DNA from: a phage
Length of the DNA: 64,000 nucleotides
Assembly (NCBI GenBank): GCA_012178725.1
Contig: GCA_012178725.1_3030.1
Strand: one strand, 5' to 3'
A program made the position numbers and the translations under genes. Every line of letters starts with the position of its first letter. The first letter of the stretch is position 1. Under the pieces are notes generated by a model. That model ran no database searches. It had not been told where the DNA came from and worked only from the letters and a program-made list of their open reading frames with translations. Of the stretch, positions 46,824 through 56,629 are shown piece after piece.

Positions 46824-48026
46824 TTATTTTGTAATAATGTCAAACTGTTCTTTAAAGCAGAAGCTTGAATCTTGATGCTGATACAAAAATTCATAAGCTT
46901 TTTCGCGTTCGCGGTCATAAAGAGTTCGATCAGATGACAGTTCTTTAATACGTTCAAATGTTGATTCCATGTCATTTTCATCAAACCAAATGATACCGCT
47001 ATCATGCGAGGTCAAAGGAGTATTATCAACACGGAATTTTAAATTTTCGCCAGTAGATTTCCAAAATACCGGAATTGTTCCACATGCACCAAGCTCGAGA
47101 TGAGTATATTCTAAAGAACGTTGTAGATATTTTTTATCCAACTTACTCAACTGATAACCAAAACCGGATTTACTCATACGTTCAAGCATTTCGCTATTTA
47201 CATAACGGTCAAGAATTTGCGTTGGCAAATTAGGAGCAATTTTAATTTGGTCTACTTGATGAAGACGATAATACTCGTATGGAATTCCTTTTTCTTTAAT
47301 AGGAATGAACGCTGGAGAACGTTCCAGACCTTCCATAATAGTACTTAGTCCTGCAGGTTTAAGATGTTTTTCATGAAAATCAAACATCTGATAAAAACCT
47401 TTCCATGTAGTCGTACGACCAATCCAACGGTTGATATTCATGTTAATTTCAGAAACATCTTTCCAGTAGGTTGATCGAACCTTCGCAATATCCATCGGAG
47501 GTTGAAAGTTATATACTGTCGGTGCTTCTTCAATATCATCAAACAGAGAAACTGTTTCAGGATACCATTCTTTCATCAGAACTTTATTAAAATCACCATT
47601 ATCAGAATGGCTAAAAATAACATCAGCTCGACGAACAGTTTCTTCTAATCCCAAATTTCGGCGCAAAGAAAGAGAAGAATGGTCATGTTGATAAACTACA
47701 ACACGAACAGAAGGTTTAATGTTATCAATAATTTTTTTATAGTTATTAATAGTGTCTTCTTCAACCGAAGTAGCAGGAACTGAATTGATAATTAGAATAT
47801 CACAATCATTTACCAGCTTAAGTGTTTTATCATATTCTTTTGCCAATAAAACCGGAATTGAAAATGATTTATAATCATGCGCGCAATTACGAGTAAATGA
47901 TTTATCTTTAGCATAAACCAAAGTTACTTCATGACCATTCTTAATAAACCAATCACGTTGCTCAAGAGAAAATTTAGTTACACCACAACCTTCAAGACCT
48001 CGAGCCATAAAAATACATACTTTCAT
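46824..48026 (-). CDS. agt: DNA alpha-glucosyltransferase
   Basis: 400 aa; N-terminus M.ICIFMARGLEGCGVTKFSLEQRDWFIKNGHEV matches remembered T4 alpha-gt. Confidence 0.88.
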   Translation of the reverse strand: MKVCIFMARGLEGCGVTKFSLEQRDWFIKNGHEVTLVYAKDKSFTRNCAHDYKSFSIPVLLAKEYDKTLKLVNDCDILIINSVPATSVEEDTINNYKKIIDNIKPSVRVVVYQHDHSSLSLRRNLGLEETVRRADVIFSHSDNGDFNKVLMKEWYPETVSLFDDIEEAPTVYNFQPPMDIAKVRSTYWKDVSEINMNINRWIGRTTTWKGFYQMFDFHEKHLKPAGLSTIMEGLERSPAFIPIKEKGIPYEYYRLHQVDQIKIAPNLPTQILDRYVNSEMLERMSKSGFGYQLSKLDKKYLQRSLEYTHLELGACGTIPVFWKSTGENLKFRVDNTPLTSHDSGIIWFDENDMESTFERIKELSSDRTLYDREREKAYEFLYQHQDSSFCFKEQFDIITK

Positions 48027-48050
48027 TTAATATCCTCTTTGTTTTGGTTT

Positions 48051-48075
48051 ATTTTACCAAAAATTTATAAAGCAA
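48051..48075 (-). promoter_or_regulatory. Candidate middle promoter upstream of agt
   Basis: Minus strand TTGCTTTA - 11/12 nt - TAAAAT, after hairpin ATAGGAGCTTCGGCTCCTAT. Confidence 0.4.
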
Positions 48076-48269
48076 TATAGGAGCCGAAGCTCCTATCCAC
48101 ATAATACGCCATACAGAGGCTCGTTAGAACTTTTAAATTTTATGCGCTTATATTTTATAGTTCCTTCTGCTTTAGCTTTATCATGAGACTCTTTAAAGCG
48201 TCTCATCATTTCCTCTTTAGAGGAACGAATTTTATTATAATCTATTTCAGAAGTCTGGGTGTTCATCTT

Positions 48270-48476
48270 TCATAACTGCCACCATTTTTTGACTTGATAA
48301 GAATCAACCCACACTTTCATATTAGGGTCTGCTCTTACAATAGGAGGATTAACTTCTTTAATTGAACTATCATGGTATTCTTTTTCAGAAATTTTCACAC
48401 AAAGATGACCATTCAAAGATTCAGTAAATCCTGCATTAATTTTAAGACGCTTGAATTTTACGTGTGTAAGCATCAA
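48270..48476 (-). CDS. Hypothetical protein
   Basis: 68-aa ORF in agt-55 interval. Confidence 0.4.
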   Translation of the reverse strand: MMLTHVKFKRLKINAGFTESLNGHLCVKISEKEYHDSSIKEVNPPIVRADPNMKVWVDSYQVKKWWQL

Positions 48477-48759
48477 TCATATCCTCAATTTGCGATCTAG
48501 TAGTCTTCCAAAGAATACTGATGAGTTCATCGTTATATGGCTGTTTTAGAATATCCCGACTTTTCTTGATAGCATATTCGTATTGAGCAAAATTATTATT
48601 TTCAGCTGCAATCTGAGCGTGCTTATAAAGACGATTCAGTTCGCGTTTGTTTTTAGACAATAACTTATTTGCTTTTCTTTCTGCTTCAAGACGGTTCTTT
48701 TCTTCAATAGAAGAAATAAGCTTTTCCACTTCATCATTAATTTCGGGTTTATCAGTCAT
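48442..48759 (-). CDS. Hypothetical protein
   Basis: 105-aa helical, charged ORF. Confidence 0.5.
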   Translation of the reverse strand: MTDKPEINDEVEKLISSIEEKNRLEAERKANKLLSKNKRELNRLYKHAQIAAENNNFAQYEYAIKKSRDILKQPYNDELISILWKTTRSQIEDMIDAYTRKIQAS

Positions 48760-48760
48760 A

Positions 48761-48979
48761 TTATTTCTCTAATATAAAATAAAAATCATCATCTGTTAAA
48801 TGATACCGATAGTTTAATTCTACACCATTAGATTTAAAAGCGGTATCATACGGATTTTCTGGATCAATATCAATGTCAAGAGCTAAAACTTCCCTGAGAT
48901 ACATTTTAAGTAAATAGGGAATAGCTTCAACTTCAGGTATTTCTTCCAAGAATCCGGAGAGGTTAATCGTTAGCCTCAT
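48761..48979 (-). CDS. Hypothetical protein
   Basis: 72-aa ORF directly downstream of gene 55. Confidence 0.45.
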
Positions 48980-49520
48980 ATAAAAAATCCAAACTAGGAG
49001 AATCGTCTACAACACTTTTCTTTTCAGCCCCCGGTGTTCTATAGGTTGATTCTTCGTAATGCGTCATTTTATCGTAGATGTCTTGAATAAAAGTTTCATC
49101 TACTAACGCAACCATATCGTCGTCACGACTGTCATAGACATTGTGAACGAAGTAACTATATTTCTTTGCAACTTCCTTACGTTCTTTTTTAATACGCTGG
49201 ACGAATGCATTAAAACAAGCTTGAGTTATATATGCATGTGGGTTTTTATATTTCGTTTCATCAAAATTATGAAGCCCCTTAATAGAAGCTTCTATACCAT
49301 CTGCAATCATTTCTTGTTTCCAAGACTGGGTGTATCCTGAAAAGTTGAAACGTTTAGATAAGCCTTCTGCAATAAGCATAATGGCTAATCCGATAGTATC
49401 ATTTTGACGAACTACTTTATTTGGGTCTTTATTATTTGCTAATTCTGTTTTCCAATCAATAATAGCTTGTAAAAGCTCTTTATTGTTTACGTAATTATAT
49501 TTAGGCTTAGTTTCTGACAT
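48963..49520 (-). CDS. 55: Late-transcription sigma factor gp55
   Basis: 185 aa from [27 protein letters not shown]..., matching remembered T4 gp55. Confidence 0.9.
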
Positions 49521-49598
49521 TTTCACCTCTTAGCTCAATTCATAGATCTATTATATCATAATATTTGAAGATCTATCTTAAAGCATAGAGGATATCAG

Positions 49599-49868
49599 TT
49601 ATCTAAGTAAACAGTATGCTTGGAATACTTTCTCCATCATCTTTTTAAATTCATGAATATCTATATAATGACTAGTTAGATCAGCATGATATAAAAAGTC
49701 TAAAAACTTTTCATGTGTACTAACATATTCACTTTCATTTAATTCAGAAACATGGCTTTCCCAATATCCAACACCAGTCTTATTTGGGAAAAATGAAATT
49801 TTCATGTATTGGTCAACATAGAAAATGCCATAATTTTCAATAGTAATAGAAATATTAATAAATTTCAT
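49599..49868 (-). CDS. Hypothetical protein
   Basis: 89-aa ORF. Confidence 0.45.
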   Translation of the reverse strand: MKFINISITIENYGIFYVDQYMKISFFPNKTGVGYWESHVSELNESEYVSTHEKFLDFLYHADLTSHYIDIHEFKKMMEKVFQAYCLLR

Positions 49869-50086
49869 ACATTCATCAACTTAGCCGCTTCAAGAGCTGC
49901 ATCTAGTGAATCAAATTGGTCAACGTATTCAATCAATTCACCATAATTGGCATATAACCACCATTGGCTAAATTCATACTCAAGGATGAATCCGTTTCCT
50001 TCAATTTGAGTTAAACCAATGCCATTTGTATTTACTTCATATCCAGCAAGACGCAAATCGTTAATAAGAGCTTCGTTCATATTCAT
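49865..50086 (-). CDS. Hypothetical protein
   Basis: 73-aa ORF; ATGA overlaps on both sides. Confidence 0.45.
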   Translation of the reverse strand: MNMNEALINDLRLAGYEVNTNGIGLTQIEGNGFILEYEFSQWWLYANYGELIEYVDQFDSLDAALEAAKLMNV

Positions 50087-50409
50087 ACCTTAGCAATTTT
50101 CAGGTCAGCAAATTTTTTCTTGCGTTGATTTTTCATACGACGAATAGTTTTATCGGAAATTTCATGCTTTTGATAAGCTTTAGATTCTACGCCAAAAGCT
50201 TTAACATCAAATTCCGACAAGATATATTGAACCAGCAATTCACGGACAGTATTACGTCCAATTTTCTGATCATTCTGTTTCATCGTCTGATGAAGCTCTT
50301 TTTCCCATTTATCCAAAATTTGAGGAGTTACAATATCGCCTTTTTCTAGCAAAGAAACTACTTTATCATATGCGTAAGAATTGATGGCGTTTTTAATTTG
50401 AATAGTCAT
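50083..50409 (-). CDS. Hypothetical protein
   Basis: 108-aa ORF with GAGGATAATG start context after a terminator hairpin. Confidence 0.5.
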   Translation of the reverse strand: MTIQIKNAINSYAYDKVVSLLEKGDIVTPQILDKWEKELHQTMKQNDQKIGRNTVRELLVQYILSEFDVKAFGVESKAYQKHEISDKTIRRMKNQRKKKFADLKIAKV

Positions 50410-50437
50410 ACATTATCCTCAATTGCGTTAAAATTTT

Positions 50438-50463
50438 ATTATCCAAAAAGGGCCGAAGCCCTT
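50438..50463 (-). terminator. Rho-independent terminator
   Basis: GGGCTTCGGCCC followed by TTTTTGG. Confidence 0.55.
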
Positions 50464-50662
50464 AGCTAAACTTTTTGGCACCCTTCCAGCCTTCATACAT
50501 CATTGCGGCTGATATTAATATTGCTCCTGAGCAACTTGAATATTTGTGATTCCAAAACCAGTTTAGAAAAACTTCGTCATCAATACCTTGTGCTATCATA
50601 TTTTCAAAGAACTGACGACGAGCTTCGGCAATTCGCTGCGATAATTTAGATTCAGGATTCAT
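50462..50662 (-). CDS. Hypothetical protein
   Basis: 66-aa ORF followed by terminator hairpin. Confidence 0.45.
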   Translation of the reverse strand: MNPESKLSQRIAEARRQFFENMIAQGIDDEVFLNWFWNHKYSSCSGAILISAAMMYEGWKGAKKFS

Positions 50663-50794
50663 TTAAATTTTCCAATTACCATTTTCATCAATAAATTTAA
50701 TCCAGTCATTTACTGACCACTTAGTTGTATCGCCTTTTGGAGTAACATTTAAAGTGTATAACCCCTGCTTAAAAAGCATTCGTTTAATATTCAT
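50663..50794 (-). CDS. Hypothetical small protein
   Basis: 43 aa from internal ATG (MNIKRMLFKQ...) with GAGGAAAAT SD; track ORF longer. Confidence 0.3.
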   Translation of the reverse strand: MNIKRMLFKQGLYTLNVTPKGDTTKWSVNDWIKFIDENGNWKI

Positions 50795-50801
50795 ATTTTC
50801 C

Positions 50802-51095
50802 TCAGCTGTAACGATAACATTCGTTTGATTTGCGCTTAGCAACTCGTTGAGATGTATTATAATCAAAATCATCGTCAATGTAAACTGATTTTTTCAACTT
50901 TCTTACTTCACCACGCAGTTGACGATTCAATTCATTCTTAACCTCTGAATCAACACCTCGCATACGTCGCCATTTATCTGAACGAAAAATGTTTTCAACC
51001 ATATCTTTATGACTTACCCCATCAGGAGCTTTACGCTTTCCGAAATAGTCATAATCACGAACTTTCAAGTCTTTACGACGATACGTTTTACCCAT
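50802..51095 (-). CDS. Hypothetical basic protein
   Basis: 97 aa from ATG MGKTYRRKDLK...; start overlaps upstream stop. Confidence 0.45.
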   Translation of the reverse strand: MGKTYRRKDLKVRDYDYFGKRKAPDGVSHKDMVENIFRSDKWRRMRGVDSEVKNELNRQLRGEVRKLKKSVYIDDDFDYNTSQRVAKRKSNECYRYS

Positions 51096-51270
51096 GGAGT
51101 TTAATTTCCTTAGCAACTGAACTAAATACAGCACGATCACAAATCATGTGTTTATGTAACTTAAGTATAAGATAATAAACATCATAACCATTTACGTAAG
51201 TAACACGAACAACATTACCATTAATAAAATAATATTGTCCCTTTTTAATTTCTTTATCAACCACAACCAT
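51088..51270 (-). CDS. Hypothetical protein
   Basis: 60-aa ORF; TGAGGATTTGAT SD; early promoter GTTTAC-18-TATTAT upstream. Confidence 0.45.
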   Translation of the reverse strand: MVVVDKEIKKGQYYFINGNVVRVTYVNGYDVYYLILKLHKHMICDRAVFSSVAKEIKLHG

Positions 51271-51300
51271 ATCAAATCCTCAAAGGCAATTCATATGTTA

Positions 51301-51330
51301 ATAATACCACGGTTTGAACTTGTTGTAAAC
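51301..51330 (-). promoter_or_regulatory. Early promoter
   Basis: GTTTAC-18 bp-TATTAT upstream of ORF 51088..51270. Confidence 0.5.
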
Positions 51331-51428
51331 AACTTTGTGAAAAATATTTTAGGGAATGATAAGAAGGGAACGATAGCTTAGAATGGTAATATACAGAATG
51401 TAAGAAAGAAAGGCCCAGAGGGCCCATC

Positions 51429-51752
51429 TTAGTCTTCTATGATATCTCTATCATATCCAAGTGAAATGAGAGTTTCTTTGAAGTGTTTAATGTTCTTTTG
51501 TCTGGAATCATTAATGAAAATGACTGGATAACGAATGTTAAGAGATGTGAATCCAGCGCGTTTAGCAAGAGATACAATCAGTTGACGATCATACTCAATC
51601 TTACCATTATTAGTAAGAACTTTATAAAAAGTAAAAGGAACATTGAGCTCCTTTAGAAGTTTTGTAACTGATTGACATCCAGGACAACGACCTACTTCAT
51701 CTGGAATTCCATAGACTTCAATCTTATTCTTTAAGTTCGAGTTTTGTTCCAC
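51429..51752 (-). CDS. nrdH: Glutaredoxin-like protein (NrdH-like, CPGC active site)
   Basis: ...IEVYGIPDEVGRCPGCQSVTKLL... redox motif; start uncertain (GTG chosen; track ORF extends to 51881); next to nrdG. Confidence 0.5.
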   Translation of the reverse strand: MEQNSNLKNKIEVYGIPDEVGRCPGCQSVTKLLKELNVPFTFYKVLTNNGKIEYDRQLIVSLAKRAGFTSLNIRYPVIFINDSRQKNIKHFKETLISLGYDRDIIED

Positions 51753-52035
51753 GAGAAATAATTCCTTGGTAAGCCCAATAAGGAGGATTAACAGAATCCT
51801 CACCAGAGTTTTCTTCAGGAAAATAAACCTGGATAACGAAGCCGGATTCATCAAAGGTAAAATAAACCGTAGGCAGTTCACCTAACAAATCGGCACGAGC
51901 GTTGATTTCTTCGAGGTCTTGTTCACGTCCAGCCCAGAAGCTTGGGTTCAGACTACATTCATAGAAATAATAGTCATTACCGAACATATCAAAACCATTC
52001 CAACTCTCTACTACATACCGCTCAAAACTAATCAT
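51724..52035 (-). CDS. Hypothetical acidic protein
   Basis: 103-aa ORF. Confidence 0.5.
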   Translation of the reverse strand: MISFERYVVESWNGFDMFGNDYYFYECSLNPSFWAGREQDLEEINARADLLGELPTVYFTFDESGFVIQVYFPEENSGEDSVNPPYWAYQGIISRGTKLELKE

Positions 52036-52037
52036 AA

Positions 52038-52253
52038 TTAATCCTTTTTATCAAGAACCGCATTCAGCTTGTTAGTAATTTTATCCAGACGCTCATTGAA
52101 CTCACTAGAAGATAAGCCCTTTTCTGGAGAAATTAAACTAATCACGAAAAATATAGCAATAAAAGGAATAAGGAAAATAGCTCCAACTGCCATAAACAGA
52201 AAGAATGTTACAGTTGTAAGAAAATCAGCTAAACCTTTACGAAATTTATACAT
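52038..52253 (-). CDS. Small membrane protein
   Basis: 71 aa; hydrophobic TTVTFFLFMAVGAIFLIPFIAIFFVISL. Confidence 0.45.
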   Translation of the reverse strand: MYKFRKGLADFLTTVTFFLFMAVGAIFLIPFIAIFFVISLISPEKGLSSSEFNERLDKITNKLNAVLDKKD

Positions 52254-52368
52254 ATTTTACCCTTAATTGATTAACCAAGCATTGATAAGCACTAAACTAT
52301 ATTGCGAATAAAATTCTGGACCAAAATGAAAAATCATATCATTTATAGTGTCCATAATATAATTCAAT

Positions 52369-52839
52369 TTAATCATGTTTCCACACCCCATCGGTATTTG
52401 ACCAAAGTCGCTGATTATCTGATCCTCGCCACAGCTTTTTAGTCGGAAGATTTTTCTCATACTTCCCATCAATAATAACATCAACATATTTAAGCATTTC
52501 TAGTTGTTTAATATCTTCAAACTTATATCCTGTCCACAACCAAATGCTTTTATTGGGATAAAGATTTTTTACTGTTTGAACCACAGAGTGAATCACGTCT
52601 CTGTTATCAGGATAAAGAGGGTCACCTCCGGTTATAGTTAATCCTTCTATATAATCATTATTCAAACATTCAATCAATTGTTCTAGTGTTTCACCAGTAA
52701 ATGGAATACCATTTCTAGCATTCCATGTTGATTTATTATAACACCCTTCGCATTTATGCAAACAACCTGTAACGAAAAGAACGACCCTGCATCCAGGGCC
52801 ATTCACAAAATCACAGGGATAAAATCTATCGTAATTCAT
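52369..52839 (-). CDS. nrdG: Anaerobic ribonucleotide reductase activase NrdG (radical SAM)
   Basis: 156 aa; cysteine cluster CDFVNGPGCR...GCLHKCEGCYN. Confidence 0.9.
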   Translation of the reverse strand: MNYDRFYPCDFVNGPGCRVVLFVTGCLHKCEGCYNKSTWNARNGIPFTGETLEQLIECLNNDYIEGLTITGGDPLYPDNRDVIHSVVQTVKNLYPNKSIWLWTGYKFEDIKQLEMLKYVDVIIDGKYEKNLPTKKLWRGSDNQRLWSNTDGVWKHD

Positions 52840-54653
52840 TGGTGTTTAACCCTATGCATGATTTCTTTATTTTTACCGAGATTAAATCCGCGTTCGTTCG
52901 GATTTCCCAAATAACCACATGTTCTTCTTATTGTGTTCATCTTTTTAGGATCAGTTTCTCCACAAATAGAACAAACAAATCCGTTTTCAGTAGGAGTCAT
53001 TTCATGGGTACTTCCACATGTAAAACATTTATCTACTGGCATATTAACACCAAAATAATCTAAATGTTGTGCAGCATAATCCCATACGGCCTCAAGACCC
53101 TTTAAGTTATTTTTCATATCAGGAAGTTCAACATAAGAAATGTGACCACCTGTCGCAATGAAATGATATGGCGCTTCACGAGAAATCTTTTCAAACGGAG
53201 TAATATTTTCTTCTACTGAAACGTGGAAACTGTTAGTGTACCAGCCTTTATCGGTAACATCTTTTACACTTCCATATTTTTCTGTATCAAGTTTACAGAA
53301 GCGATAACAAAGGTTTTCAGCAGGAGTAGAATACAAACTAAAAGCAAACCCAGTTCTTTCAGTCCACTGTTTAAGACGAGCATTCATTTTAGTTAAAATT
53401 TCTCGTCCAATATCACGACCTACAAGAATATTCAATTCGTGAATACCAATGTATCCTAGAGACACTGAACTTCTGCCATTTTTAAATAACTCAATTATAT
53501 CGTCATCAGGTTTAAGACGAACCCCGAATGCACCTTCTTGGTAAAGAATAGGAGCAACAGTTGCTTTAACTCCTTTTAAGGAACTAATTCTACACATCAA
53601 AGCTTCAAAACACAAATCCATTCGCTCATTGAACAATTCGATAAATTTCTGTTCATTGAACTGTGTTCCAATATAAGAATCTAATGCGATACGAGGAAGA
53701 TTCAGTGTTACAACACCAAGATTATTACGTCCATCAAGAATTTCATTACCAGTCGAATCTTTCCATACGCTCAAGAAACTACGGCAACCCATCGGAGAAA
53801 CAGGAACAGATGAACCAGTGATAGCTTTATTGTTCTTAGCTGAAATAATATCAGGATACATCCTTTTGCTTGCGCACTCTAGAGCAAGCTGTTTAATATC
53901 ATAGTTTGGATCGTCTTTATAAAGATTAACACCTTCTTCAACAAACATAACAAGCTTAGGGAAAATAGGAGTTATCCCATCACGACCAAGACCTTTAATA
54001 CGATTTTTCAGAATTGCTTTCTGAATCATTCGTTCAGTCCAGTCAGTTCCCGTACCAAATGTAATTGTTACAAAAGGTGTTTGCCCGTTTGAACTAAAGA
54101 GAGTATTTACTTCATATTCATAAGCTTGGAATGCATCGTATACGTCTTTTTCTGTTTTAGATTGAGCATAATTCAGTGCATCGGCGATTTGCCATTTTTC
54201 TGCATCCTCAATATGTTTTGCATAGGTGCGTTTAACATAAGGAGAAAGTACTTTATCTACATTAGCAAAAGTCGTTCCGCCATATTGATGGGAAGCAACC
54301 TGTGCAGTAATTTGTGCCATAATTGCAGTAGCAACGCCAATTGATTTAGGAGTTTCAATCTGTGCATTACCAAGCTTAAATCCGTTCTCAAGCATTCCTT
54401 TTAAATCTACTAAACAGCAATTAGTAAATGGAAGAGCAGGGGAATAATCAATATCATGGAAATGAATAATTCCGCTTTCATGCGCTTTCATAATAAAAGA
54501 CGGGACCATATTTTTGGCAATGTGTTTAGACACAATACCAGCCATAAGGTCCCGTTGAGTTGGAAAAACACGAGAATCTTTATTAGCATTCTCGTTTAAA
54601 AGGTCTTTATTAGTTTTATGAATCAATCCTTCAATTTCTTTTTCAATTGTCAT
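52836..54653 (-). CDS. nrdD: Anaerobic ribonucleotide reductase NrdD, uninterrupted
   Basis: 605 aa; C-terminal zinc ribbon CFTCGS...CSICG and glycyl-radical region RRTCGYLG; single continuous ORF. Confidence 0.95.
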   Translation of the reverse strand: MTIEKEIEGLIHKTNKDLLNENANKDSRVFPTQRDLMAGIVSKHIAKNMVPSFIMKAHESGIIHFHDIDYSPALPFTNCCLVDLKGMLENGFKLGNAQIETPKSIGVATAIMAQITAQVASHQYGGTTFANVDKVLSPYVKRTYAKHIEDAEKWQIADALNYAQSKTEKDVYDAFQAYEYEVNTLFSSNGQTPFVTITFGTGTDWTERMIQKAILKNRIKGLGRDGITPIFPKLVMFVEEGVNLYKDDPNYDIKQLALECASKRMYPDIISAKNNKAITGSSVPVSPMGCRSFLSVWKDSTGNEILDGRNNLGVVTLNLPRIALDSYIGTQFNEQKFIELFNERMDLCFEALMCRISSLKGVKATVAPILYQEGAFGVRLKPDDDIIELFKNGRSSVSLGYIGIHELNILVGRDIGREILTKMNARLKQWTERTGFAFSLYSTPAENLCYRFCKLDTEKYGSVKDVTDKGWYTNSFHVSVEENITPFEKISREAPYHFIATGGHISYVELPDMKNNLKGLEAVWDYAAQHLDYFGVNMPVDKCFTCGSTHEMTPTENGFVCSICGETDPKKMNTIRRTCGYLGNPNERGFNLGKNKEIMHRVKHQ

Positions 54654-55123
54654 TTTAAACTCTTTCTAAGCTGCTTCTTAAATGAAGCTATTAACTGTGT
54701 TTTGGTGTCAGATTCATTATATTCAAATCCTCTTTGAAGCATCTCGGCCATCATTTCCTCTTTTCCTAAACGAGAAAATTCCTTTGATTTATCTCCAACA
54801 AAGTTAGGGTGAATATTATTTTGGGTGTAATCGGATTTTAAATAAGTAAGTAAATTTTCTAACCATTCAAGATAATCAACACCTTGTCCCTTTAAGCCAG
54901 AACGATTAAATTTGTGCTTCATTTGACCTTCTGCGGCATTGCAGAGATTACAAAGCAATCCACGTACCTTTCCTGCTTTTGGTCCATTTAATTCATGGTC
55001 ATGATCGAGGTGATTAGCTTGAACATCAGGATTTAGTTCTCGTTGGCAAATTAAGCATTTACCGTTTTGTGCATCATAAAATTTCTGTTTTTCTTCTTTA
55101 TATAATTTGCCAGTCAATAACAT
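54650..55123 (-). CDS. 49: Endonuclease VII gp49 (Holliday junction resolvase)
   Basis: 157 aa; zinc-binding CLIC...CNLC and HLDHDHE; T4 gp49 size. Confidence 0.9.
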   Translation of the reverse strand: MLLTGKLYKEEKQKFYDAQNGKCLICQRELNPDVQANHLDHDHELNGPKAGKVRGLLCNLCNAAEGQMKHKFNRSGLKGQGVDYLEWLENLLTYLKSDYTQNNIHPNFVGDKSKEFSRLGKEEMMAEMLQRGFEYNESDTKTQLIASFKKQLRKSLK

Positions 55124-55339
55124 AATAAACCCTTACCTTAAATAGATAAGGGTATTTATTATTTCAAGTATTGTAAAACATTCGATGCAATCGCTTATAT
55201 TGTCGAATCATCTTTTTAGTAGGACGAGAATAAGTTCCTATACAAGTGGTCATATTAGGGTCAGTAGGACTTCCTTTAATAAAAAGTTTCCAAACCTTAC
55301 CACCATTTAACTTTTCAGTATAAATTAATTCGGTTTTCA

Positions 55340-55804
55340 TTAAAATGCTCGGTCAGAAAAAGAAATTTGAGTTTCAAGCCATTCAATATATTCTGCCGCG
55401 GCTTGCATTAAATTTCCTTCATAATCATCAATATCTTTTTTCAACGCCGATTTAGATAATGCGTATGAAATGCGTTCACCCTGAAATCCAGCTTTAGGTT
55501 TATGAAGAACTTGATCAATTCGTTCTACAACTTCTTCAATTTCGCCATTTTCTGCGGATTCAGTATTCCACAAGCACCAATACGTAATTGGCTTATCATA
55601 GATGTTAATAATCTTTCCATCAGAAAGTTCAATTTCAATAATTCCAGTATCAGGTTCTATGTCATCTTCACATTCTTTTGCAAGTTCACGAACTTTAAAG
55701 ACAGTACCTGCACTAAGTTCCGGCCAGTAATTACACAACCCTTTATCAACACGATTAATTCTAAACCACTTATCTACTGCAATCATGTCCCATCTCCATA
55801 TCAA
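55340..55804 (-). CDS. Hypothetical protein (49-nrdC interval)
   Basis: 154-aa ORF. Confidence 0.5.
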   Translation of the reverse strand: MIWRWDMIAVDKWFRINRVDKGLCNYWPELSAGTVFKVRELAKECEDDIEPDTGIIEIELSDGKIINIYDKPITYWCLWNTESAENGEIEEVVERIDQVLHKPKAGFQGERISYALSKSALKKDIDDYEGNLMQAAAEYIEWLETQISFSDRAF

Positions 55805-55909
55805 TTAAGTCATTTATTGTTGGTTCATTATATACTGTTTCTTCATCAGTGTAAACCGGTTCTTCCGGCTCTGGCTCTACAGTTTCCCATCTAGCCGCCC
55901 ACCAAGGTT

Positions 55910-56230
55910 TTATAGCGTAATCCATTCTCGTACTATCTGAGTTACTACACGTTCACGGGGCTCGACTAGTTCAACAGTCGGAACTGCATAATACCAGTCA
56001 GAATGATAAGAACCTGACCGAGATTCATTTACCGCTACATGTACATTATGTTTTGGACTAAAGTAAACACACTGACGATATTGGCATTTACCATCTTGCA
56101 CCCAGTCTTCTATTTCGATAGGTTTAAGATAGTCGGAAAAATCGAAATCATAGTTTTCCGAAAATGCATCATGGTCTTCGATGATTTCGCTCAGAACTGC
56201 ATCAACATCTAATTTATTTTCAATAGTCAT
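55910..56230 (-). CDS. Hypothetical acidic protein
   Basis: 106-aa ORF. Confidence 0.5.
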   Translation of the reverse strand: MTIENKLDVDAVLSEIIEDHDAFSENYDFDFSDYLKPIEIEDWVQDGKCQYRQCVYFSPKHNVHVAVNESRSGSYHSDWYYAVPTVELVEPRERVVTQIVREWITL

Positions 56231-56240
56231 TTTTCACCAA

Positions 56241-56450
56241 TTAATTTCGCAATTTATTAAGTTCTTCATAATCAATCCAGGATTCTAATCCTGATGGCAA
56301 ATCAGATTCAATTTCCCAAAGAAGTTCTTCAATTTTATGAAGACGATCTAGTTCTTCAGCAGGAATAGTAACCATTGACGGAGCTCTTGCTACATTAATA
56401 TCGTAAATCATATTTACCCCAGTTTGACCATACAATCGCCGTATTTCCAC
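56241..56450 (-). CDS. Hypothetical protein
   Basis: 69-aa ORF. Confidence 0.4.
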   Translation of the reverse strand: MEIRRLYGQTGVNMIYDINVARAPSMVTIPAEELDRLHKIEELLWEIESDLPSGLESWIDYEELNKLRN

Positions 56451-56629
56451 TTAGAAATAGACTTTTCACCGTTAGAATAATAAACTTCGAGTTTAGCACG
56501 ATTATTTTTAATTTGAATAACCTTGGCTGTCATCAAAGTTCCATACCCATAATAAACTGCAACTTCATCACCTACATATACAGCGCTTCCGCGGTAATCG
56601 TGAATATAGTCAGTTCCTTCGAGCATCAT
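56414..56629 (-). CDS. Hypothetical protein
   Basis: 71-aa ORF; ATGA overlap with nrdC. Confidence 0.4.
   Translation of the reverse strand: MMLEGTDYIHDYRGSAVYVGDEVAVYYGYGTLMTAKVIQIKNNRAKLEVYYSNGEKSISKWKYGDCMVKLG

Noticed and set aside
51400-51428. Possible terminator hairpin after the nrdH-like ORF
   Set aside because: Stem is only about 5 bp with a 3-nt loop; too weak to call although a T-rich tract follows.
52263-52487. 74-aa minus ORF overlapping the 3' part of nrdG, and plus ORF 52069..52266
   Set aside because: Out-of-frame overlap with nrdG and antisense to a small membrane gene; no start signals.
55502-55894. 130-aa plus-strand ORF
   Set aside because: Antisense to ORF 55340..55804; low-complexity translation.
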